Source of the DNA: Octopus sinensis
Lineage: Eukaryota
Direction of reading: 5' to 3'
Length of the DNA stretch: 12,973 bases
Assembly (NCBI RefSeq): GCF_006345805.1
Contig: NW_021826421.1
Coordinates: 1-12,973, forward strand
Both the position numbers and the translations under genes were made by a program. The notes beneath the pieces are model-generated. The model worked only from the letters and a program-made list of their open reading frames with translations, did no database searches and was not told the origin of the DNA. Within the stretch, counting starts at the first letter, position 1. Each line of letters opens with the position of its first letter. Positions 1 through 8,395 of the stretch are shown in pieces.

Positions 1-252
1 ACTGGCAATAGTTCTACATGGGTAGAGAGGGTCGATTTTGGTCTATAACACCCTGTCAGATGTGTGAATAGATTAAAAGATGGTTTCACTTCCTTCAAGC
101 AATTATTTTGTAGCTACTTCATGTTCCTGAACTGCAAATGCACAACCTCTGAAATCTGATGTGATCCCACGAGGACAAGGGAGGTTCCTCATTCATATCT
201 AAACTGGCATCGCTGTCGATTTTCGGGAAACATATTCATTCGGTGCACATAC

Positions 253-385
253 TTGTCTGCTGAATTCCGTCATCTCGAATGTACGAATCGATGTACTCTA
301 TTATGCGGCGAAGCGGTTTTGTAGGTGTCCTCGGTCTCCCGTTCCACCGTAACGCTATAGTTGCCAGGGTCCACCCATTTGATAT
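253..385 (-). CDS. Candidate internal coding exon (133 nt, phase 0 to phase 1) of an unidentified minus-strand gene; ISNGWTLATIALRWNGRPRTPTKPLRRIIEYIDSYIRDDGIQQT
   Basis: Minus strand has acceptor gtgttttgtgacAG| (AG at 387-386) and donor CAA|GTATGT (GT at 252-251). Only one frame is open between them; the other two have stops. Non-repetitive and CpG-retaining. Product not recognised. Confidence 0.4.
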
Positions 386-455
386 CTGTCACAAAACACT
401 TTCACACAACAGTACGAGCTCGTTAGTAAGATGTACCCTCTTGATCAGATTTTCT

Positions 456-689
456 TATTTTCTTTACTGCCCACAATGGGCTACCACACACAGAGAGGAC
501 AAACAAGGACAGACAAAGGAATTAAGTCGATTACATCGAACCCCATGCGTACCTGGTACTTATTTAATCGACCCCGAAAGGATGAAAGGCAAGTTGACCT
601 CGTCGGACTTTGAACTCAGACGTAGCGCAGACGAAATACTGGTAAGCATTTCGCCCGGCGTGCTTAACTTTTCTTCCAGCTCGCCACCC
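456..689 (-). mobile_element. tRNA-derived SINE, family A, full-length solitary copy
   Basis: Minus-strand head GGTGGCGAGCTGG..., B box GAGTTCAAAGTCC (605-617), central CCTTTCATCCTTTCGGGGTCGATTAAATAAGTACCAG. Same body recurs at 6118-6586, 8667-8953, 10952-11371 and 2287-2413. Confidence 0.85.
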
Positions 690-765
690 TCTGGGCCATA
701 GTTTCTATCATCCTCAATGCTTATAGTTGCTGCACCACTAGTTTTCTGTCTCTTGAGCCAGATGT

Positions 766-787
766 AATATATATATATATATATATC
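766..787. repeat. (TA)n microsatellite
   Basis: Direct reading. Confidence 0.95.
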
Positions 788-955
788 AATATAGAACTGT
801 AGAAATATTCTGTTGTCTGTGACAGTCACGCCAATAAGAAAAGAAAAACAAAATAATGTCGCACTACAGAATAAAAACAAGATGGTGTGGTCGCTGTTTT
901 GACTGAAACGTCTTCGAATATTAATCTGCTTAAAGAAAGCTGATGGAAATTAAAT

Positions 956-1060
956 AACAACAGCAGCAGCGGTAGCAACAACAACAGCAGCAGCATTAGC
1001 AACAACAGCGGTAGCAGCCGCAACAGCAACGGTAACAACAGTGGTAGCAGCAGCCGTAGT
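956..1060. repeat. Degenerate (CAG/CAA)n trinucleotide repeat
   Basis: cagcagcagcggtagcaacaacaacagcag...; explains the poly-Leu ORF 826-1137. Confidence 0.9.
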
Positions 1061-1258
1061 GGAGGCGCAATGGCCCAGTGGTTAGGGCAGCGGACTCGCG
1101 GTCGTAAGAGCACGGTTTCGATTCCCAGACTAGGCATTGTGTGTGTTTATTGAGCAAAAACACCTAAGCTCCATGAGGCTCCGGCGGGGAGGGGTGGTGA
1201 ACCCCGCTGTACTCTTTCTTTCACCACAACTTTCTCTCACTCTTTCTTCCTACTTCTG
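1061..1258 (+). mobile_element. tRNA-derived SINE, family B, probably 3'-truncated
   Basis: A box TGGCCCAGTGG (1071-1081) and B-box-like GGTTTCGATTCC (1114-1125) at tRNA-like spacing, followed by a non-tRNA body resembling an octopus SINE as I recall it. Confidence 0.75.
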
Positions 1259-1544
1259 TCACAAAGCAGAGGAACCATGGTGTAAACCACTATGGTATGG
1301 TTAAACTTTCAGACCCTAGTCTAGATTGCGAATCCTCTGTACCCCAGGATGGTTCAGCTCTCCACCCGTTAAAAGCCACCGTTTACAGAATGGGGATACA
1401 ACGTAGCCTTCACACGCCCGTGCAAAACCGCCAGTCTATGGCTGTGTGGGGGGTGGATCTTCAATTTGCACACTCATTCGTTGTAGCTTAGAGTAGGCTC
1501 GAATTAGAGATTATTCTTTGGGCTAATGGCGTGAGTCCTGATTG

Positions 1545-1867
1545 GAAGAATAAGAAGAAGAAGAAGAAGAAGAAGAAGGAGGAGCAGGAGAGACGAAGAA
1601 GAAGAAGAAAAGAAGGAGGAATAAGAAGAAGAAGAATGTGAATAAGAAGAAGAAGAAGAAGAAAAGAAGAAGAATGTGAAGAAGAAGAAGAAAATGTGAA
1701 GAGAGAAGAAGAAGAAGAAAAGAAGAAGTGAAGAAGAAGAGAAGAAGAGAATGTAAAAGAAGGAAGAAGAAGAAGAAGATGAAGGAAAAGAAGAATGTGA
1801 AGAAGAGAGATGTGAAGAAGAAGAAGAATGTGAGAAGAAGAAGAAGAAGAAAGAAGAAGAAGAAGAA
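1545..1867. repeat. (GAA)n-rich polypurine repeat with AATGTG interruptions
   Basis: Direct reading; source of the poly-K/R and poly-S/F ORFs. Confidence 0.95.
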
Positions 1868-1937
1868 CAGCAGAGGCAGCAGCAGCAGCAGCGCGGCGCA
1901 GCAACGGAAGCAACATCGGTAGCAGCAGCAGTAGCAG
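1868..1937. repeat. Degenerate (CAG)n repeat
   Basis: Direct reading. Confidence 0.85.
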
Positions 1938-2286
1938 CTTCAACATGAGAATCGATCTCCAGACGGTATAACAAATCGTGAATTTCATTTTCCGCCATAT
2001 TTCATTGAGCACATTCATTCGATAAAACAATAATGAAACAATATAAAACAAAATGGTTATAAATAAAAACAACAATAACTAAAAAAAAAAAACAATTTTC
2101 AAGCAGTATAAAATAAAAAGCTATATTTATTACGAAAATTAAATAAAAATAAATTATATAAGGTAATAATGTTCATGTGAATAATTCCATTGGTTTTGTT
2201 TATGTTTTTACGTCAAAATTTACCTAAAAGTTTTGTTTTCATTTTTTTTTTTTACACCGTATTCAATTTAGTCATGTTTCATTGGT

Positions 2287-2413
2287 TTCTGAGTTCGAAT
2301 CACGCCGAGGTCAAAGCCCAGGTCGGTTTCCTATTCTTTTATCTTTGACGATGTCGATAAAATAATTGGTCAGTCAAACACTTGAACTGATTAAATCGAC
2401 TGTAATCGAATTT
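2287..2413 (+). mobile_element. Old degenerate fragment of SINE family A
   Basis: TTCTGAGTTCGAATCACGCCGAGGTC...GTCGATAAAATAA...GTAATCGA aligns by eye to the reverse complement of the family A copies; B box GAGTTCGAATC. Confidence 0.6.
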
Positions 2414-2431
2414 ATTTATTTATATTATCAC

Positions 2432-2466
2432 AGACACAAACCCCCACACACGCACACACTTGTATT

Positions 2467-2553
<87 letters not shown>

Positions 2554-2790
2554 CATATAATACATATATACATATATATATGTATTTATTTATATGTATG
2601 CATGTATGTATTATAAACACACACGTTGTATATATCTATATTATATATTATATATATATATGTATGTATGTATAAAGAGCGCAAGTATATATATATACTT
2701 TTTGCGTTCTTTCTCACACCCCTTTTCGCTGTTTCTTTTTCTCTCAATCTCTCATGTATATAAATGTATGTGCACGTATGTGTGAATGCG
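2432..2790. repeat. Compound (CA)n/(TA)n/(TATG)n microsatellite region
   Basis: Direct reading. Confidence 0.9.
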
Positions 2791-3694
2791 CATATCGGAG
2801 CAATCTTCAAGATTATCAGCCGAAATTGCTAAGATGATCTGGTTCTTGACTGATGACTGAGGGCTTCGAATGTCCCGTCCTGTGGTTCTTGTGTCGTCTC
2901 TTTGTGGTTTCATGTTCTTGTCCATGTCTGTATTTAATTTACTGTTTACCTATATAATCGGCGCGGCTCTACGTCTCCCAATTGTCCTTATACGATAAGT
3001 ATATTTTTTCTCAGCTTGATACGACTCTTAATCTGTCTCTTTTTCTCTCTCTCTCCCTCCTCCTTATTTCCACTCCGTTCTTTCCCTCTCCATCCGTCCC
3101 CCCCCCCTTTTTCTCTACGTTTCTCTATCTCTCTCACCTCCAGCCCCCTCGATCTGTCTCTTTCTTCTCCTCCCCTCGTCCACCTTCTCTCCCTTTCATC
3201 TGTCCCTTTCTCCTGTCTTTTGTTCTCACGTGACAGCTAGCCGCTGTTGAGCGCTCTTTTCGTTTTCAGCAGCCTCAGAAGCACACGGATTTGTTCGTCT
3301 CCCCGTGGCCTTTAGGCAACATTCACAAGCCAGCCCCCACTCAAATCGTCCTGTCGAAAGACCCTTGTCCTACGTCCTGGTTTTGTTTTGTTGTTTATTT
3401 TTTTTTTTCACCGTTATTGTTTTTACGTTTTTGTATTCTTATTGTGTCACGTTTCTGTTTTTTTGTTTTGTGTACTTCGATCGTTTTTCCGTCCTTTCGT
3501 TGTTACATTCGAAGCTTTGGGCTGGCCATATCGGAGCAATCTCAAGATTATCAGCCGAAATTGCTAAGATGATCTGGTTCTTGACTGATGACTGAGGGCT
3601 TCGAATGTCCCGTCCTGTGGTTCTTGTGTCGTCTCTCTGTGGTGTTTCATGTTCTTGTCCATGTCTGTATTTAATTTTACTGTTTACCTATATA
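2791..3694 (+). mobile_element. Element bounded by ~165-bp near-identical direct repeats (2791-2956 and 3527-3694); possibly a Penelope-like partial tandem
   Basis: Both repeats run from CATATCGGAGCAATC to TGTTTACCTATATA and differ by a few small indels or substitutions. They contain hammerhead-like motifs. The Penelope-like label and the orientation are inference. Confidence 0.5.
3040..3230. repeat. CT-rich polypyrimidine low-complexity tract
   Basis: Direct reading. Confidence 0.85.
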
Positions 3695-3960
3695 TATATA
3701 TATATATATATGTCTAGAAGTGTTTGGCAAACACATGGGCTTTCTTTTCAGTAAACACACGTTTAGCCTTGCAAAGGAAAAAGCCGACACTACTGAGAAA
3801 TCGGCAGTTCTTTTCGTCTGCGACCTGTTAATTAATTACGTGGTGAGTCAGAGTTATTCAATTGGTCGTCATAGAAATAGACACTATAAAGTCTTTACAA
3901 AATTGAATACATTGTAATATCTCGTTCCCAGGATCAAATACAGCCATCTACAACTCACCT

Positions 3961-4301
3961 TGGAGAAACTTCGTGGAAATTTCCGAGGAATTCATGGAAA
4001 GTTCCGAGGATGGGGGAAACTTCCTGGAAAGTTCCGATGACTTACTGGAAATATCCGAGAATTTCCTGGAAAATTAAGATGATTTCCTGGAAAGTTCCGG
4101 TGATTTCCTGGAAAATACGAATTACAACCTGGAAAGTTCCGAGGACCGAGGACTTCCTGGAAAATTCCGGGGAATTCATGGAAAGTTCCAAGGATGAGCG
4201 GAAACTTTCTGGAAAGTTTCGAGGATTTCCTGGAAAGTTTCGAGGAATTCACGGAAAGTTGCGAGAATGGGAAGAAACTTCCTGGAAAGTTCCGACGATT
4301 C
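3961..4301. repeat. Quasi-palindromic minisatellite, ~21-bp unit (approx. GAGGATTTCCTGGAAAGTTCC)
   Basis: GGAAA cores at 3975, 3996, 4026, 4047, 4068, 4089, 4110, 4131, 4159, 4180, 4211, 4232, 4253 and 4284. Confidence 0.9.
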
Positions 4302-4367
4302 CTGTATGTGTATGTATATATATACATACACATATATGTATATATATATATAAATATATACATATAA

Positions 4368-4531
4368 ACGACGAGCTTCATTTAGTTTCCGTCTACCAAA
4401 TCCACTCATAAGGCTTTGGTCGGCCCGAGGCTATAGTAGAAGATACTTGCCTAAGGCTCCACGCAGTGGGACTGAACCCGGAACCATGTGGTTGGTAATC
4501 AACCTACTTACCACACAGCCACTCCTATGCC
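4368..4531 (-). mobile_element. tRNA-derived SINE, family C, with CORE-like central segment
   Basis: Minus strand: A box TGGCTGTGTGG (4511-4521), B box GGTTCAGTCC (4469-4478), then CCTTAGGCAAGT resembling the CORE-SINE ccttgggcaagt motif (assignment from recall). Confidence 0.8.
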
Positions 4532-4535
4532 TATT

Positions 4536-4566
<31 letters not shown>

Positions 4567-4582
4567 TTATTATTATTATTAT
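4532..4582. repeat. (ATT)n microsatellite at the 3' end of the LINE fragment
   Basis: Direct reading. Confidence 0.95.
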
Positions 4583-5246
4583 TCTATGTTTGACTTTTGC
4601 TTTACATTTGCAGAAGCTGGCTCCAAGTCTCACCCAGAGACCTCAAGAAACAACAAGTTGGAAGTTCATGTTGGTGTTATGCCTCAGGTGCCATATATTT
4701 GGTTTTGTACTTAGTATTGTACTAGTGAATTTCTAAAAAAACATACGAAAATTGTGTTTGTTTTATAACTTGGGATTACATAAAAAGTATTTTGCGTAGG
4801 ATATGAGCAGTTCCCATGAGTACTATCTTTTGAATTTTTGCCATTTTGGGGTTTCCTGGTATCTGAGTTAGGTAGCAATCAGCCCCTTTTGCTATCATTC
4901 CCAGGGCTCCTATGACAGCTGGTATTGTTTTAGTCTTCTGGTCCCACATTTTGCTGATTTCTATTTCCAGATCTTTATATTTGCTCAGCTTTTGGTAGGT
5001 CTTGACAGATACGTTTATATCGATTGGGACAGTCATATCAATGAGGAGGCATGTTTTTTATCTGAAATCTTTCAATATGATGTCTGGCCTATTCGCATCT
5101 ATCTTTCTGTCAGTTTGAATGGTGAAGTTCCAGAGGAGTGAGATGTGGTCATTTTCAAGCACTGGATGTGGCTTGTGTTCCCACCAGTTTTTATCATAGA
5201 GCAAGTCCAGGCTTTTGCAAATTACCCAGTGAATATATTGTGCCTG

Positions 5247-5247
<1 letters not shown>
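4583..5247 (-). mobile_element. 5'-truncated R4/Dong-like non-LTR retrotransposon (3' ORF end plus ~190-nt 3' UTR)
   Basis: Translation YIHWVICK...WWEHKP..VLEND...LLWNFTIQTDRKIDANRPDII...LLIDMTVP...K..KYKDLEIEISKMW...IPAVIGALG is the PD-(D/E)xK restriction-like endonuclease C-terminus of the R2/R4 group. Confidence 0.85.
4776..5247 (-). pseudogene. Retrotransposon restriction-like endonuclease domain remnant, one in-frame stop at 5058-5060
   Basis: ORFs 5058-5384 and 4776-5036 are in the same frame, joined by TAA plus KTCLLID; no frameshift. Confidence 0.8.

Positions 5248-5302
<55 letters not shown>
5248..5302. repeat. (ATT)n microsatellite at the 5' truncation point of the LINE
   Basis: Direct reading. 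Confidence 0.95.
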
Positions 5303-5384
5303 CATTGCCATTGTTATTGGCTGAAGGAATATCTAAAAAAAAACTTGTATAAAACTTGTATAAATTTGTGTGTGTGTAGCACAA

Positions 5385-5440
5385 AACGGCGGTGCATCAG
5401 CATGGCCGCAGCTCTGAGCTGAAACTAAAAAAAAAAATAT
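5385..5440 (+). mobile_element. Possible isolated 3' end of a SINE followed by an A-tail
   Basis: GGCGGTGCATCAGCATGGCCGCAGCTCTGAGCTGAAACT plus A-run resembles a SINE 3' end I recall; no second copy in the window. Confidence 0.3.
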
Positions 5441-5681
5441 ATGGATAAAAATATAAACAACAAAGACCGAAAAATAAAGAAAAAAGAAAACAAACGGCAA
5501 CAGACAAAAAAATATAAGACAAAAAACAACAACTAGTAAATAAAATTCGACTTCGTAAATTTCAAAGACGCAAAACGGTGACATAAACGCTAGTTCTACA
5601 TAGGTTATTGTCAATATATTTTCCTATCCATTCTTTACAAGAGTTTGTTTATGTGTACGTTATTTTGAATATATGTTTGGG

Positions 5682-5756
5682 ATATATATACATATACACA
5701 TACACACACACATATATATATCTATATATCTATATATATATGTACGTATATATATA
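5682..5756. repeat. (TA)n/(CA)n microsatellite
   Basis: Direct reading. Confidence 0.9.
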
Positions 5757-5959
5757 AGGAAATGTTTTTAAAATGAATTAATTTATCAAATGTCAAAGCA
5801 ACAAAGAATCAATTAATGCTAAAACAGATTCAAGTGTTGGCACCGAATGAATCCGTATTTTTTAAAAACTTATTTATTTTTATTTTTTGTTCATTTTTGT
5901 CGTTTGTTTGAAAATTGTACTGTGCAAAATATAAATAAATACAGTCAGAAGCTGTTTAT

Positions 5960-6115
5960 AATACGTACATATATACATATATACATACATACATGTGTGC
6001 ATGCAAGCTTGTTTACATACATACATACATACATACATAGACATTTTTATATACATACATACAACCTACGACACAATACATACGTATATACAGACATACC
6101 ATACTGAGATATATA
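5960..6115. repeat. Degenerate (TACA)n repeat
   Basis: Direct reading. Confidence 0.8.
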
Positions 6116-6117
6116 TC

Positions 6118-6586
6118 CATTTCTGATCTAGGCACAAGGCCCGCAATTTTGGGGGAAGAGACCAGTCGATTAGATCGACCTCAGTACGCAACTGGTACTC
6201 GGCAGAATTTGAACTCAGAACGTAAAGACAGACGAAATACCTATTTCTTTACTACCCACAAGTGGTTAAACACAGGGAGGACAAACAAGGATAGACAAAC
6301 AGATTAAATAGATTATATCGACTCCAGTGCATAACTGGTACTTATTTAATCGACCCCGAAAGAATGAAAGGCAAAGTCGACCTCGGCGGAATTTGAACTC
6401 AGAACGTAGCGGCAGACGAAATACCTATTTCTTTACTACCCACAAGGGACTAAACACAGAGAGGACAAACAAGGACTAAACGGATTAAGTCGATTATATC
6501 GACCCGAGTGCGTAAATGGTACTTAATTTATCGACCCCGAAAGGATAAAAGGCAAAGTCGATTTCGGCGGAATTTGAACTCAGAAC
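6118..6586 (-). mobile_element. Head-to-tail trimer of SINE family A (units 6118-6240, 6241-6424, 6425-6586); no unit has the A-box head
   Basis: Body motif repeats three times. Junctions read GACGAAATAC|CTATTTC. The first unit has a different tail and an internal deletion. Confidence 0.85.
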
Positions 6587-7175
6587 ACTGCCATCACAAC
6601 CAGCCTCATGGCCATCGTGGCGTTTACACCTCCACAATCAACGACCGTAACTACATCTACTACCATCACCATCATCGCTACCACCACCGCAACCACCACC
6701 ATCACCACCACCATCAACACGATCGCAATCACCACACCACCACCACCATCACCATCACCGTCATAATCACCGTCACCATCACTACCGCCAAAACAACGAC
6801 CACCACTACCACCATCACCACCACCACCACCGCTACCATCACCATCACTGCCGCCAAAACAACGACGACGACCACCACCACCAGCAACATCTCTACGACC
6901 ACGACGACTACCACTACCGCCACTATCGCCAACATAAACACCACGACCGACCACCATAACAACGACCATTAACACCACCACCATTAACACCACCACCACT
7001 ATAAGAACCTTGACCACCACCATTACCACCACCAACACCACCACCATCACCAACATGAACTCCACCAACGCAATGACCAATCGAACTCACCACAATCCAC
7101 TGCCACCACCACCACCACCACCTCTACCACCGCCGCCACCACCACCACCATAACAACGACCACCCACTGACACCA
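6587..7175. repeat. Degenerate (CCA/CAT/ACG)n low-complexity repeat
   Basis: Direct reading; source of the poly-T/H/V ORFs. Confidence 0.9.
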
Positions 7176-7240
7176 TCATCACACTTGTCACTAAACAATT
7201 ATTGCTGGTTTGTAAAAACCGGAAAAACAACAACAATGAC

Positions 7241-7757
7241 ACCACTCCACCACCACCACCACCACCACCACCACCACCACCACCACCACCACCACCACCA
7301 CCACCACCAACACCACCTCCACCATCGCCACCACCCACCACCAACACCACCTCCACCACGCCACCGCCACCACCACCACCACCACCACCACCACCACCAC
7401 CAACCAACACCACCTCCCCATCGCCACCACCCCCACCCACCACACCACCCCACCACTCCCCACCACCACCACCCCACCACCACCACCCACCACCCACACC
7501 AACCACCTCCACCATCGCCACTACCCACCACCAACACCACCTCCACCACTCCACCACCACCACCACCACCACCACCACCACCACCACCACCACCACCAAC
7601 ACCACCTCCACCATCGCCACTACCCACCACCAACACCACCTCCACCACTCCACCACCACCACCACCACCACCACCACCACCACCACCACCACCACCACAC
7701 CACCTCCACCATCGCCACCGCCACCACCACCACCTCCAACACCAACACCAACAACAA
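7241..7757. repeat. (CCA)n array with higher-order subunits
   Basis: Direct reading; all frames are open because the repeat lacks stops. Confidence 0.95.
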
Positions 7758-8041
7758 TAGCGACTAGAATATTGACGATTGGACGATGAAGTTTTGTTCG
7801 ATTTGCTCCGCTCCATCAGTCCATGACGTCACCTCTCTATAATGGATCAATAGATCTGGTAATGCTCTCTCGACGATCAGTCACCTCGTATGATGTGAAC
7901 GGAGCGTATATATTACACTGAACATATATTTTTCATGGTATATAAAGGTTTTCAATTGTCAGTGAAAATCATCATCGGCTTTTCTCTCTCAAACACACAC
8001 AATCTCTTGTATACATACACGTACGTACGCACAGGTATATA

Positions 8042-8045
8042 AGTG

Positions 8046-8076
<31 letters not shown>

Positions 8077-8096
8077 TATGTTTGTGTGTGTATGTG

Positions 8097-8127
<31 letters not shown>

Positions 8128-8210
8128 ATGTGTGTGTGTGTGTGTGTGATTTGTGTGTGTGTGTATGTGTGTTTGTGTGTGTGTATGTGTGTGTATGTGG
8201 TGTGTGTGTC

Positions 8211-8246
<36 letters not shown>

Positions 8247-8265
8247 GTGTGCGTGTGTTGTGTTG
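8042..8265. repeat. (GT)n microsatellite
   Basis: Direct reading. Confidence 0.95.
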
Positions 8266-8395
8266 TAGATACAGCGGCGTAAACAAAGAGACGTTGGGAA
8301 TATACAGTCGAAACGCCATATTAAAAAAAAGTATCTACGTTATTACTCATACAATGTGAACCATCATTGTGTCGCTCAATATGGGGGCCATAGCA

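Noticed and set aside
279-701. 140-aa plus-strand ORF
   Set aside because: Its 3' half is antisense SINE sequence; the 5' half is better explained by the opposite-strand exon candidate.
1061-1135. Genuine tRNA gene
   Set aside because: A and B boxes are present, but I could not build a closed cloverleaf acceptor stem, and the sequence continues into a SINE body.
1504-1998. ORF beginning MAENEIHDLLYRLEIDS with a good Kozak context
   Set aside because: After ~25 codons it runs into (CTG)n and (TTC)n microsatellite; no donor site or recognisable domain.
2366-2810. ORFs of poly-HT/IY/CV type (also 7972-8359, 11854-12861)
   Set aside because: Translations of dinucleotide microsatellites.
3970-4293. 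CRISPR-like array or heat-shock element array
   Set aside because: No unique spacers and a eukaryotic context; TTC-to-GAA spacing is mostly 3 nt, not the 2 nt needed for contiguous nGAAn HSE units.
3992-4411. Repeat proteins RNFPG(NH)n (minus) or FRGFPGK/SWKVP (plus) as a neuropeptide-like or structural protein
   Set aside because: Unit spacings of 28, 31 and 31 nt move the peptide motif between frames, which a coding repeat would not tolerate (barring assembly indels).
6508-7816. Mucin, extensin or His/Gly-rich ORFs in all frames
   Set aside because: Open only because CCA/GGT repeats lack stop codons; no splice sites or non-repetitive coding flanks.
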